A DNA stretch of 64,000 bases from Candidatus Omnitrophota bacterium (GCA_030695905.1 JAUYOL010000043.1:128998-192997); one strand, 5' to 3'; shown: positions 1 through 10,120, numbered from the stretch's first letter. A program made the numbers and translations. Notes: generated from the sequence alone by a model not told the origin.

Positions 1-251
1 TAACTGTATAATCCCGGATCGCCTGAAACAAGGACGGCTATCCTCTCTTTATCTTTATTCTTTTTTATATATGAGACCGCTTTTTTAAAATGCCCTTCGA
101 GCCGAATCTTTTTTTTATTCCGATACAAAAAAAGTGATAACAGGCGCTCTGCTCCAATCAGGCAATCCGCTCTTTTTATCTCTTTTCTTGCCACGGGCAA
201 TAAATAGTCGATTGCGCCCGGCCCCACTCCGATTATATATACTTTGTTCAT
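1..251 (-). CDS. cbiE: Precorrin-6Y C5-methyltransferase CbiE, N-terminal part (runs off window edge)
   Basis: Manual translation from ATG at 251: MNKVYIIGVGPGAIDYLLPVARKEIKRADCLIGAERLL...IAVLVSGDPGLYS. GxGPG and SGDPG motifs of tetrapyrrole methylases; ATGA overlap with cbiD stop. Confidence 0.85.
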   Translation of the reverse strand, partial: MNKVYIIGVGPGAIDYLLPVARKEIKRADCLIGAERLLSLFLYRNKKKIRLEGHFKKAVSYIKKNKDKERIAVLVSGDPGLYS

Positions 252-1339
252 TTCTTTATTCTTTTTTTTGGATACACTGACAACGCCTTCCCGTGCAGGG
301 AAAGCAGTATGCAACTAACAGAAAGCTGATCATCTACAAATTCATTTATCGCATCCACTGTTCTTTTTGCAATCATATCGAAAACCTGTGTAAGATTATA
401 TTTCATCAATATATCGATAGTGGCTTCTGCACAGGCCTGCTCCATTATATCTTCTAAGATCGGTTTTTTCGCGCCGCAAAGCCTGGCATATCTTGCAATT
501 GTTTTAATGCGATGATCTCCAAATTTGATATTGGTATCAAGCTGGCCATTAGCAACCTTTACCAATTTACCGATATGGCCTATAAGAAGGACTTTATTTA
601 TATTCTTTTTTGCACACTCGGAGAGCATAAACCCGATGTGGTCGCCTATCTTGACCACTGAATCCGGTTTAAGCCCAAGAACTTCTTTGCAAAACTTTTC
701 TCCCACATATCCCAGGATCAGGGTAGCATTTTTATATCCTGCGGCCTTCAAAACATCGAGCTGAAGGGATAAAGATTTCTTGTAAGCGTCCGTTGATTTA
801 GGTTCGACTATGCCCGTAGTGCCGATGATGGAAATGCCGCCTTCTATGCCAAGCCGCCCGTTAAAAGTATGCCTGGCCATCTTCCTTCCCTGCGGGACAC
901 TTATTATTACTTTTATCCCCTTATGCTGTTTCATAAACCGGAGCGAGGCTAAGCAGGGCTTGGTCTCTTTAACAATCATCTGCCTTGGCACTGGATTAAT
1001 CGCATATTCGCCGACGCTTACCGCAAGACCCGGCTTGGTAACTACTCCCACGCCCTCTGCGCCTGTTATTAAAATCCCTTTCTTATCGCAATATTTCACT
1101 TTTGCATATATCCTGGCGCCGTCAGTTACATCAGGGTCATCGCCCGCGTCTTTAACTACCGCGCACCGGGCGAAATCTCTCCCTATCTTTTGGTCGATAA
1201 CCCTTAGATTAAGATGTACGCCCTTAGGGGTTTCTACGTCGACACTTTTTACCACTCTTTTATTGATGAGCATAATACCGGCGGCTTTCGCAGCAGCCTG
1301 GGCACAAGTGCCTGTAGTAAATCCTTTTCTAAGATTCAT
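248..1339 (-). CDS. cbiD: Cobalt-precorrin-5B C1-methyltransferase CbiD
   Basis: LRKGFTTGTCAQAAAKAA, KDAGDDPDVTDG, RLGIEGGISIIGTTGIV motifs. Confidence 0.95.
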   Translation of the reverse strand: MNLRKGFTTGTCAQAAAKAAGIMLINKRVVKSVDVETPKGVHLNLRVIDQKIGRDFARCAVVKDAGDDPDVTDGARIYAKVKYCDKKGILITGAEGVGVVTKPGLAVSVGEYAINPVPRQMIVKETKPCLASLRFMKQHKGIKVIISVPQGRKMARHTFNGRLGIEGGISIIGTTGIVEPKSTDAYKKSLSLQLDVLKAAGYKNATLILGYVGEKFCKEVLGLKPDSVVKIGDHIGFMLSECAKKNINKVLLIGHIGKLVKVANGQLDTNIKFGDHRIKTIARYARLCGAKKPILEDIMEQACAEATIDILMKYNLTQVFDMIAKRTVDAINEFVDDQLSVSCILLSLHGKALSVYPKKRIKK

Positions 1340-2172
1340 TTGGATAATATGTTTTTAATCTCTTCCCGCGCCTCGCCTATAGTAAGCGGGAGGCCGTCAA
1401 AATTAATCGCATCGTCCCTTCTTAAGGTCTCGAATAGCTGCCCAATGCGCGGCAATCTCAATTTAGCGTCCCTTATGGCATCGGCATGTGAGAAGACTTC
1501 TTCGGGATCACCATCAAGCACGACCGTTCCTTTATTTAATATAACTACGCGGTCAATAAACACAGGCACCAGATCCACAGAGTGCGTGGTCATGATCATG
1601 GTTATTCCTTTTTCTTTGTTCAATTTTTTTAGTAGCTGCATAATAGAATTAACCCCCATCGGGTCCAGGCACGAGGTCGGCTCATCCAATAACATCACCT
1701 CGGGACCCATGGCTAAAACGCCGGCCAAGCAGATCTTTTTCTTTTCGCCAAAACTTAAATTATGTATAGGTTTTTCGGCAAATGCCGGCATGCCTACAGC
1801 ATCAAGCGCGTGCCCTATTCTTTTGCAGACTTCGTCTTTTTTAAGCCCCATATTCGTCGGACCATAGGCGATATCTTCACCTACTGTGGAAGCAAATAGC
1901 TGGTCATCCGGATTCTGAAACATGGTACAGACTTTGCTGAACAGGATATTCCTGTTGCTAGCCCTGACGTTCTCTCCCTCTAAATAAATTTCACCTTTTG
2001 CAGTTTTTAAGAGGCCGTTGAGTATTTTTAATAGCGTCGTTTTGCCGGAGCCATTGGCGCCTAATATACCCAAAAACTCGCCCTTTTTGATCGAGAGGTC
2101 GATACCCTGTAAAGCAGGCAAGCCGTCAGGATAGCTGAAGTGTAGATTTTTAGTTTCTAAAATGTTGGCCAT
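1336..2172 (-). CDS. cbiO: Cobalt ECF transporter ATPase CbiO
   Basis: Walker A GANGSGKTT, FQNPDDQLF, LSFGEKK signature, LLDEPT; adjacent to cbiQ/cbiM. Confidence 0.92.
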   Translation of the reverse strand: MANILETKNLHFSYPDGLPALQGIDLSIKKGEFLGILGANGSGKTTLLKILNGLLKTAKGEIYLEGENVRASNRNILFSKVCTMFQNPDDQLFASTVGEDIAYGPTNMGLKKDEVCKRIGHALDAVGMPAFAEKPIHNLSFGEKKKICLAGVLAMGPEVMLLDEPTSCLDPMGVNSIMQLLKKLNKEKGITMIMTTHSVDLVPVFIDRVVILNKGTVVLDGDPEEVFSHADAIRDAKLRLPRIGQLFETLRRDDAINFDGLPLTIGEAREEIKNILSK

Positions 2173-2181
2173 AAACTACCT

Positions 2182-2907
2182 CTAATAAAGTAATATATTT
2201 AATGCCAAAAGCGACGTTAATATTGTAATGAATATGATAACCGCGACAGCATCTTTAATTTTAAAACCTTCTTCCCAAACGATATTCTGCGTCGTTCCGT
2301 TATATCCGCGCAGCACCATAGATTCATAAACCGCTATAGAACGGTCATATGTCCTGATAACGGTTGACCCAATCAATTCGCCAAAAGATTTTAAACTTCG
2401 CGCTAAGCCGCTATACCCAAGGCGAACTCGTTGCGCATCTCTAATAGTTAGCGCATCTTCCAGTAAAACAAATATATAGCGGTAAGTAAGCATGGCTACC
2501 TCGATCCAGGTATCAGGCACTTTAAACCACCGGGCTGCGTTAAGCAGCCTATTTACAGGCGTAGTCATGGACAAGAATACGATTAAAGATACGGCCCCGA
2601 GTGCCTTAGCCACGATTAAAAAACCCTGCATCAGGGGCATGGCAAAAAAGAAAACCTGTATAAGAAAAATCGTACCGGCTATGCTTAAGGGAGTGGCTAA
2701 TCTCCATAGAATAATTTTTACCGGAATCCTGATGCCTAAAAGGAAAACTACGGATAAACAAAGCGCGGTTAGCGGCGCGTAAAACTGGCGTGATGAGATT
2801 ACTATAATTATCGCCGCGGCCACATAAAGCATCTTTACTCTGGCATCCGCTTCCGTCAAATAGTTTTTCTTCTGTGCAAAAGAATCACTAAATATATCAG
2901 CGCGCAT
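2182..2907 (-). CDS. cbiQ: Cobalt ECF transporter T component CbiQ
   Basis: DARVK, LSMTTP, YRYIFVL, AQRVRLG, SMVLRGY motifs; start moved to MRADIF (2907), overlapping the cbiM end. Confidence 0.9.
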   Translation of the reverse strand: MRADIFSDSFAQKKNYLTEADARVKMLYVAAAIIIVISSRQFYAPLTALCLSVVFLLGIRIPVKIILWRLATPLSIAGTIFLIQVFFFAMPLMQGFLIVAKALGAVSLIVFLSMTTPVNRLLNAARWFKVPDTWIEVAMLTYRYIFVLLEDALTIRDAQRVRLGYSGLARSLKSFGELIGSTVIRTYDRSIAVYESMVLRGYNGTTQNIVWEEGFKIKDAVAVIIFITILTSLLALNILLY

Positions 2908-3934
2908 TGTCAGTCCTTTTTTCAACGAAAAGTTGACGCCAATAAAAACCCAAAACAAATCCACCCGCTATTCCTGCTAAAAGAAAAACAAAAAGCAATA
3001 AATCGCCCTGGTCGGTATTGATAAAAGGCGTCCAGGCGGCCCTTCCATGTTCTTTGGCAACCTTCTCTACCACGCTCTCATCTACGCCGCCCCACTTAGT
3101 TTCTTGCGCAAGCGCAAGGTGGCTATTTGCGGACAAAAGTAATGATATCAACAGAATGCCAACGATCTTCGCCCCGGTTTGCGTGATATGTTTTACATTC
3201 TTTTTTATCACTCCCAGGGAAATTAAAATATCCGGCCTTCTTTTGGCTACAAAAACTATCATACCCCCGGTCAAGAACCCCTCAAGTATACCCAGGGGGA
3301 GTTGAGTAGGAATAAATGCGGTAAGTATAGCGCAAAAAAGAGGGAACATCGGTTTCGTTCCATGAAGAGCCGAGGCTAATTCAAATGAAGTTATAGTATA
3401 GGTGGCCCAATCAGCCAATAGCCCGGCTATAAACCCAGAAATAAATAAAGAAACCCTAAATTTTCTTAATATCTTAAATGCGGCGAAAGCGGCAAAAGAG
3501 CCGGCTATGCCCATAGATACGATATCCGCGCCCCAGGTAGTTATCCCGCCATGTGCCAAAAATAGGGCCTGGATAAGAAGCGCGATAGAAGTTATAAATA
3601 TGCTCATGATCGGCCCGATTAAAATCGCCGATATGCCTGTTCCCGCAGGATGGGAACAGGTCCCTGCGGTTGGTACCGGTACCGGCATACATGAGATAAC
3701 AAAAATAAGCGCTCCCATCATGCCTAAAAGAGGTTTAAAGCTTGGGATCATTTTTGATTTCTTTTTTATATCAACAATACCTTTTATGAGGAAGGGAATC
3801 GCTGCCAGGCACCAAACAGTTGCCCATTTAAGAGGCAGAATCCCTTCTGAAATATGCATTGCCCAGGCCGGACGTGTAAATACGAATAAATACCCAATGG
3901 CAATTAAAACTAAGACCGATATTATTTTACGCAT
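2897..3934 (-). CDS. cbiM: Cobalt ECF S component CbiM with signal peptide and fused C-terminal CbiN-like module
   Basis: AWA|MHISEG mature N-terminus, GTCSHPAG, QALFLAHGGITTWGA; extra tail KWGGVDESVVEK...QGDLLLFVFLLAG. Confidence 0.9.
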   Translation of the reverse strand: MRKIISVLVLIAIGYLFVFTRPAWAMHISEGILPLKWATVWCLAAIPFLIKGIVDIKKKSKMIPSFKPLLGMMGALIFVISCMPVPVPTAGTCSHPAGTGISAILIGPIMSIFITSIALLIQALFLAHGGITTWGADIVSMGIAGSFAAFAAFKILRKFRVSLFISGFIAGLLADWATYTITSFELASALHGTKPMFPLFCAILTAFIPTQLPLGILEGFLTGGMIVFVAKRRPDILISLGVIKKNVKHITQTGAKIVGILLISLLLSANSHLALAQETKWGGVDESVVEKVAKEHGRAAWTPFINTDQGDLLLFVFLLAGIAGGFVLGFYWRQLFVEKRTDNAR

Positions 3935-3935
3935 C

Positions 3936-4568
3936 TTACTCCTTCTCTCTTTTGGCTATCTTTAACAACGCATTAACGCAGGCCGCGGCTGCGCTGGATC
4001 CTCCATACCTGCTCCGATTGGTAATATACGGGATCTTTAAAGTACGTAATTTTTTCTTGGACTCTTTGGCTCCCACAAATCCTACGGGCAGCCCTATTAT
4101 CAAGGAAGGTTCTGCTCTTCCTTTACTGACCATGTCGCAAACTTCGAATAACGCAGTCGGGGCATTGCCTATAACCACGATCCCGCCGTTAATCGATTTA
4201 CAGGCTTTTCTCATGGCCAATATGGAGCGGGTGATATTCAACCGGGAAGCCTGCTTTGCGACACCCTTGTTATCGATAAAACAGATAACCCTGCCTCCGA
4301 AACCGGATAATATTTTTTTATTTATACCGGCTTTGACCATGTTTGCGTCCGCAACAATATTCTTTCCCTTCTTTATCGCTGTCACGGCGGCCCGTATCGC
4401 TTTTGGGTGGAAGAGAATGTCTTTTGCGTAATTAAGGTCACTCGTAGCGTGGATCACTCTAGCCGTGACCTCTTTCTGGGGTCGCGCTAATTTTACATCC
4501 GCCAAATACTTGTCGACTATCCGGAAGCTTTTTAATTCAATCTCTTTAGGGCTGGTGATTATCTGCAC
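3936..4568 (-). CDS. cbiC: Precorrin-8X methylmutase CbiC/CobH
   Basis: PKEIELKSF, RVIHATSD, IGNAPTAL, GLPVGFVGAKESK motifs; GTG start. Confidence 0.95.
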   Translation of the reverse strand: MQIITSPKEIELKSFRIVDKYLADVKLARPQKEVTARVIHATSDLNYAKDILFHPKAIRAAVTAIKKGKNIVADANMVKAGINKKILSGFGGRVICFIDNKGVAKQASRLNITRSILAMRKACKSINGGIVVIGNAPTALFEVCDMVSKGRAEPSLIIGLPVGFVGAKESKKKLRTLKIPYITNRSRYGGSSAAAACVNALLKIAKREKE

Positions 4569-5185
4569 TATGCAAGGGTCTCCTCTATTATATCCGCAAC
4601 AATATCGGCGATTCTTATATCCTCGCCCAGGTTTTTAGTATATATGAATTTGGTTTTAGGATATTTAGTTTTTTCTTTTTTGATTAAACGGGGAATATCC
4701 CGGGTTACATGGTTGCCGTTAAAAAGGAAAAAAGGGATTATGATCAGCGTTTGACAACCCCGCGCTATCAGATTTTTTATGCTCTGTGCCAGGTCGGGCC
4801 TGAAAGATTGAAGATAGGCGGGGACTATGGTGTTCACCCCCGTCTTCTGCCTGATCGCCCTGACGGTCCTATCCAGGCTGGCATTCGCCTTTTTTAATTT
4901 ACTTCCGTGACTAAGCACTATGACGCCTTTCTTCCCGCTTTGCAACACTCGCCTCCGATATTTACTCTTACTGATCAAATTAAATATATCGTCTGTAACT
5001 TTTCTTTTATGGATCCAATTACAGGATTCGCAGGACCATATGCCCTTCTTGTATTTAGATGAATATACATGGTTACCTTTCTTTTCATCCAGACACGGAT
5101 AAAACGGACAATAGCAGAATGTGCAATCTTCCAACCCTGTATGGCACGGAAAAAACTTACAAGCCTTGTTTAATCTTTTAACCAT
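4568..5185 (-). CDS. cbiX: Cys-rich small domain fused to CbiX-type sirohydrochlorin cobaltochelatase domain
   Basis: N-term CKFFPCH...CTFCYCPFYPC...WSCESCNWIH; C-term LSHGS...PFFLFNGNHVTRDIP with both CbiX His ligands. Confidence 0.8.
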   Translation of the reverse strand: MVKRLNKACKFFPCHTGLEDCTFCYCPFYPCLDEKKGNHVYSSKYKKGIWSCESCNWIHKRKVTDDIFNLISKSKYRRRVLQSGKKGVIVLSHGSKLKKANASLDRTVRAIRQKTGVNTIVPAYLQSFRPDLAQSIKNLIARGCQTLIIIPFFLFNGNHVTRDIPRLIKKEKTKYPKTKFIYTKNLGEDIRIADIVADIIEETLA

Positions 5186-6599
5186 GGCTTACCCCGTTGG
5201 GAAGCCCATTATTTCTAACGGGGTTCATTTTAAATTGTCTGCAACGATCGATAAAATTTTTAGCAAATTCCCTATTGGCGGCAAAATGCAGATGCGCATA
5301 GCTGGCCAATACGTTTCTTCCTATCAAGCCGTCATAAAACACATTATTTTTATCTTTTATTATTTTATAGGCAAAAGGCAGGTCCTTGGGGACATCCGTA
5401 AGACGCGACCAGTGAAACATATGAGCCCTGGACCTGTCGCCTTGTTTACCTAATATATTATCTTTAATAACCCGGACATTCACATAGCCCATCCTATGGA
5501 GCCTGTCACCCATGCTCACCGAACACTTGAATACACCGACCATAGAAAATATTCTCTTTTTGAAATCCATAATACTCTCAACCAGGTACATCAATCCGCC
5601 GCATTCGGCATAAATGGGCAGCCCTGATTCTGCTTTATGATAAATCGACCACCTGAGGCTCTTATTCTTCGATAGGCCGGAAGCAAAAATCTCCGGGAAT
5701 CCGCCTCCTATATATAAACCATCAACACCTTTCGGTAGCTCCCTGTCTTTTAAGGGACTGAATGCGACTATATCTGCCCCCAAGTGACTTAATATATCCA
5801 GGTTATCCTGATAATAGAAATTAAAGGCCGCATCCTTTGCAATGGCTATCCTCACGCGGCTTTTAAGCGGTTCTTTTTTAAATATTACCTCTTTTGCGCA
5901 TGAAATCGACTTTGCCTGCTGTCCTATCTTAAGCAGTCTTGTTAAATTTATATTGGCCTCGACGAGTTTCGATAGCTTTTGGCAAAAACCATGTTGCAGT
6001 TTCTTCTCCTCAAGAGGGACCAGCCCTAAGTGCCTTTCGGATAATTTTAGATTAGCGTCTCTGGGCAAATAACCAAGTACCGATATTCCCGCCTTTTTCT
6101 CAATAGCCGCTTTTATATAATTATAATGATTTATACTCGCTATATTATTCAAAATAATACCCGCTATGTTTACATTTTTATCAAATTTCTTATAGCCCAA
6201 GGCTGTGGCTGCGGCGCTTCTCGATAAAGAGCGCGCATCTAATACAAGGATAACCGGACAATTAAGTATCTTCGCCAAATGAGCAGTTGAACCAAGTTCG
6301 GTATCTTTTAAGCCGTCGTATAAGCCCATGACGCCTTCTATGACAGAAAGGTCGGCATCTTCGGCCCGCCTTTTAAATAACTCTATAATTGTGTTTTTAG
6401 AGAGCAGCCAGCTATCGAGATTTCCACACATCTTACCGGAAGCCTCGGAATGATACGTAGGATCGATATAATCGGGACCGGCCTTGAAAGCCTGCACATT
6501 CACGCCCCTCTTCTTCAAGGCTGAAATTATCCCCAGGGTTAAGGTTGTCTTCCCTACCCCGCTATGAGTACCCGCAATGATAATTCTCGGTAGATTCAT
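5178..6599 (-). CDS. cbiA: Cobyrinate a,c-diamide synthase CbiA/CobB
   Basis: GTHSGVGKTT, FKAGPDYIDP, IEGVMGLYDG, GATase AECGGLMYL; start set at MNLPRI (ATGA overlap with cbiB stop). Confidence 0.95.
   Translation of the reverse strand: MNLPRIIIAGTHSGVGKTTLTLGIISALKKRGVNVQAFKAGPDYIDPTYHSEASGKMCGNLDSWLLSKNTIIELFKRRAEDADLSVIEGVMGLYDGLKDTELGSTAHLAKILNCPVILVLDARSLSRSAAATALGYKKFDKNVNIAGIILNNIASINHYNYIKAAIEKKAGISVLGYLPRDANLKLSERHLGLVPLEEKKLQHGFCQKLSKLVEANINLTRLLKIGQQAKSISCAKEVIFKKEPLKSRVRIAIAKDAAFNFYYQDNLDILSHLGADIVAFSPLKDRELPKGVDGLYIGGGFPEIFASGLSKNKSLRWSIYHKAESGLPIYAECGGLMYLVESIMDFKKRIFSMVGVFKCSVSMGDRLHRMGYVNVRVIKDNILGKQGDRSRAHMFHWSRLTDVPKDLPFAYKIIKDKNNVFYDGLIGRNVLASYAHLHFAANREFAKNFIDRCRQFKMNPVRNNGLPNGVSHG
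5191..5224. repeat. Short palindromic repeat ACCCCGTT-N18-AACGGGGT inside the cbiA 3' end
   Basis: 8-bp perfect inverted repeat (5191-5198 / 5217-5224); encodes the NPVRNNGLPNGV tail. Confidence 0.6.
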
Positions 6600-7549
6600 C
6601 TTCCCAGCGCGCTTCCTGCGCAAGCCATTAAAAGCACTCCGACAATTAAAAATAATGCCGATGAAATATAAGAGATTTTTATGCTATCTTTAATATGGCC
6701 GATCTCCAATGCATTGATATTATCGCCTATAAATGGTTTTTCAACGGGCCTGGAGTTATAAAAATTTAAACCGCCTAATCGGACTCCCAGCGCCCCTGCA
6801 ACAGCGGCCTCAGGTATTCCGCTGTTCAGGCTGGGATTCTTCCTGCCGTCCCTTCTGGCTATCTTCCATGAATTTAACATGTTCTTGCCCGCAAATAGAC
6901 TGGCAAGCGGCAAGAACAGTATAGACAGTCTTGCCGGTATGAAATTAACTAAAGTATCTATCTTTGCACAGGCCCAGCCGAAATCCTTATATTTGTCGTT
7001 TTTGTACCCGACCATTGAGTCTAAAGTGTTTACCGCCTTATATGCTAATGCTAAAGGAGCTCCGCCAATAAATGCATAAAAAAGAGGAGAGATTACGCCA
7101 TCCACAATATTCTCGGCTACCGTCTCAACCGTAGCGCGGACAACCTCTTGATCTTCCAAATTATCCGTATCTCTCCCGACAATTAAACTTAATTTTATCC
7201 GCGCTGAAATTATATCTTTTTTCTCCAGTGAATGATAAACATCCGCACTTTCTATATCCAGGTCTTTGGCAGCCAGCGAACTATAGATAATAAGGATAGA
7301 AATTATCGAGCCCAAGTATCTGTTAACGGAATATGCTCCCCTGATAATAATAAAGCCGAGGCACCAGGTCACACCAATGACCGATATGGCAAGAATGACC
7401 CCTCCTATCCGCTCATTCCTGAATACTTTCCTTAAAACAGGCTCCAGCTTTTTTATCATCCAGCCTATGCCTTTTACAGGATGCGGGAGCCATCGTGGAT
7501 CACCCAAAATCAAATCTAAAATATAGGCAAGCGCGATTTCAATGGCCAC
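6596..7549 (-). CDS. cbiB: Adenosylcobinamide-phosphate synthase CbiB
   Basis: GDPRWLPHPV, IVGRDT, ETVAENIVDG, YKAVNTLDSMVGY, SLNSGIPEAA. Confidence 0.95.
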   Translation of the reverse strand: MAIEIALAYILDLILGDPRWLPHPVKGIGWMIKKLEPVLRKVFRNERIGGVILAISVIGVTWCLGFIIIRGAYSVNRYLGSIISILIIYSSLAAKDLDIESADVYHSLEKKDIISARIKLSLIVGRDTDNLEDQEVVRATVETVAENIVDGVISPLFYAFIGGAPLALAYKAVNTLDSMVGYKNDKYKDFGWACAKIDTLVNFIPARLSILFLPLASLFAGKNMLNSWKIARRDGRKNPSLNSGIPEAAVAGALGVRLGGLNFYNSRPVEKPFIGDNINALEIGHIKDSIKISYISSALFLIVGVLLMACAGSALGR

Positions 7550-7553
7550 CAGA

Positions 7554-9065
7554 TCAAACCTTTACTATATCGTATAGTGATTTCATATTAATATTTCCCC
7601 GTAACAGTTGGGCGAGCTTATCAAATTCCCCATCCGGATCAAAATAAATATTTTGAGGCAATTTCTGCCAACCCTTACTTTGCCGTATTGTATTTAAAAA
7701 TTCTCTTCTGAAAACGTCCGCATCAAACAAGCCATGAATATATGTCCCTAAAACACGGTTGTCTTTACGGCGGAAGCCGTCAAAGCATTTTATTTTCTTA
7801 CCGTTACGCTCTAAAATCTCGAAAAACGGCCTGGGGCTCCCTTTACAGCCGGAAAGACCGTGATGGATCTCATATCCGGAGATTTCTGCTCCTGAAGACA
7901 TATCCTTTGCTTTTACCCTGCTTAAAACCTTATCTTTAGCAAGGTAAGTATTAACCGGTAATAATCCCAGTCCCTCTATATTCCTGCCATTTGATTCCAA
8001 ATGATGCTTATCGGATATATTTTTGCCCAGCATCTGGTAACCGCCGCATATTCCCAGTAAAAATGCCGAAATGTTGGAACTGATGTGCGAAATGATCTTT
8101 TCCGCGAGACCGCTCACTTTAAGATAACGCAGATCTGAAATGGTATTCTTTGTGCCTGGTATGATAATTAAGTCCGGGGCATTCAGTTGTGCCGAATTTT
8201 TTACATACCGCAGCATCACATCGCCTTCTTTTTCTATAGCGTCGAAATCAGTAAAATTTGATATGTGCGGCAGCTGGATCACGGCTATATCCATATATTT
8301 ACCATTTGTACCGCGTCTGCCCCCCGGCAGCCTTTCGTCAAGAGAAACGGAGTCTTCCTCCGGTATCCTTATATCTTTAAAATACGGGACAACTCCCAGG
8401 ACTTTAATGCCAAGACGCCTTTCTAAAAATTTTACGGCCGGCAATAGAAGCGATTTATCGCCGCGGAATTTATTGATAATGATACCTTTAATCATTTTTC
8501 TCTCTTCTTTATTCAATAATTCTAATGTGCCTACAAGCCAGGCAAAGACGCCCCCTTTATCGATATCGCCTACTAAGATTACAGGCGCGTTGGCATGTCT
8601 GGCCATCTTCATGTTTACAAGATCGTGTCTCTTTAAATTTATTTCTGCAGGGCTGCCGGCTCCTTCGATAACAACAATATCATACGCGCGACTAAGTCTC
8701 GCAAAAGATTGCTTTACCACATTTTTAAACTTCTTTTTATGCTTTATATACTCCGCGGCCTTCATATTCCCATAGGGCTTACCTCTGACGATGATTTGTG
8801 AACCAATATCGCTTGTAGGCTTGATCAGGATCGGATTCATATCTACGCTGGGTTCTATCCGGCAGGCCGCAGCCTGGCTTGCCTGGGCGCGGCCGATCTC
8901 GCCCTCTTCTTTTGTTACAAAAGAATTTAACGCCATATTCTGGGCTTTAAAGGGGCATACCCTGTAGCCATCCTGTAAAAATATCCTGCACAGGGCGCTG
9001 ACTATAACGCTTTTTCCTACCCCAGAGCCCGTTCCGCAGATTTGCAGCGTTTTTGCTCTCTTCAT
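7554..9065 (-). CDS. cbiP: Cobyric acid synthase CbiP/CobQ
   Basis: GTGSGVGKS, PFKAQNMALNS, IEGAGSPAEINL, GICGGYQMLG, GTYIHGLF. Confidence 0.96.
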   Translation of the reverse strand: MKRAKTLQICGTGSGVGKSVIVSALCRIFLQDGYRVCPFKAQNMALNSFVTKEEGEIGRAQASQAAACRIEPSVDMNPILIKPTSDIGSQIIVRGKPYGNMKAAEYIKHKKKFKNVVKQSFARLSRAYDIVVIEGAGSPAEINLKRHDLVNMKMARHANAPVILVGDIDKGGVFAWLVGTLELLNKEERKMIKGIIINKFRGDKSLLLPAVKFLERRLGIKVLGVVPYFKDIRIPEEDSVSLDERLPGGRRGTNGKYMDIAVIQLPHISNFTDFDAIEKEGDVMLRYVKNSAQLNAPDLIIIPGTKNTISDLRYLKVSGLAEKIISHISSNISAFLLGICGGYQMLGKNISDKHHLESNGRNIEGLGLLPVNTYLAKDKVLSRVKAKDMSSGAEISGYEIHHGLSGCKGSPRPFFEILERNGKKIKCFDGFRRKDNRVLGTYIHGLFDADVFRREFLNTIRQSKGWQKLPQNIYFDPDGEFDKLAQLLRGNINMKSLYDIVKV

Positions 9066-10120
9066 CGAATGGCCTTTTTGATACTGCTTATAAGACGATT
9101 GTTATCCATTCTTCTTCTTACCGCCACGCGGAAGAATCTGCCGTTTAAGCCCCTGAAGTTGCCGCAGTCTCTGATATAAATGCCATCTCGCAATAACCGC
9201 CGTTTTAATCCTCCGCAATCACGGATAGACGCATCCTGAAGCTTGCATAAAATAAAATTCGCGGATGACGGGTAGGCCTTCAGCCCTTTTATATTGTTTA
9301 ATGCTTCTGACATGTACCGCCGTTCTTCGGAAATAAATACAGGTGTTTTTTTCATATAGGCTCTATCCTTGATGGCTTCTTTTCCCGCAAGCTGTGCCAG
9401 GATATTCACGTTCCAGGGGTATTGAAAACCGGCTATTTTCTTTATAATATTTTTATGAGCTACGGCATATCCCAGCCTCAAGCCCGGCATGGCAAAGAAT
9501 TTGGTCAGAGATCTTAATACTATTAAATATCCGCTCTTTACCGCCTCTTTTACGATACCTGATGCCGCCGCTTCTTTTGTAAATTCGATAAATGCCTCGT
9601 CGAGTATCAGCGTGGTTTTACGTTTTTTGCACAAGTACGCAATGCGCAGGACTTCATCGGCATTCAGCAAAGAGCCCGTAGGATTATTCGGGTTGCACAG
9701 GAAAAGGGCGCAGCATTGTTTTAATGCGTCGGCTATTTTTGCCGGATCAACTTTAAAATTATCTCTTTCATCTGTATTTAAAAAAACTATTTTCGAATTA
9801 TTTGCCTTTAACGCAAGTTCATACTCGCTGAATGTCGGCACAGGGATAATGGCCCTTTTTATTTTAATCGCCCTGGGAATAAGGTGGATCAACTCTATAG
9901 AACCATTCCCAATAACAACATTCTCCGGCTTTACATTATTAAGCAGGGCCAGCCTGTTTTTCAATCTTTCCGATGAGGGGTCAGGATAGGACAATACGGC
10001 GTCTGTGCTTTTGGAAATAATGCTTGCTACCCTCCCAGGCAGACCCATAGGATTTATGTTGACACTAAAATCGAGTATATTCGATCTTAAACAGTCGCCG
10101 CCGTGATTTCCATGTGTCAT
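9062..10120 (-). CDS. cobD: L-threonine-O-3-phosphate decarboxylase CobD
   Basis: HGG...DFSVNINP, CNPNNPTG, DEAFIEF, RSLTKFFAMPGLRLGY (PLP Lys); start at MTHGNHGG overlaps cobS stop. Confidence 0.92.
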   Translation of the reverse strand: MTHGNHGGDCLRSNILDFSVNINPMGLPGRVASIISKSTDAVLSYPDPSSERLKNRLALLNNVKPENVVIGNGSIELIHLIPRAIKIKRAIIPVPTFSEYELALKANNSKIVFLNTDERDNFKVDPAKIADALKQCCALFLCNPNNPTGSLLNADEVLRIAYLCKKRKTTLILDEAFIEFTKEAAASGIVKEAVKSGYLIVLRSLTKFFAMPGLRLGYAVAHKNIIKKIAGFQYPWNVNILAQLAGKEAIKDRAYMKKTPVFISEERRYMSEALNNIKGLKAYPSSANFILCKLQDASIRDCGGLKRRLLRDGIYIRDCGNFRGLNGRFFRVAVRRRMDNNRLISSIKKAIR

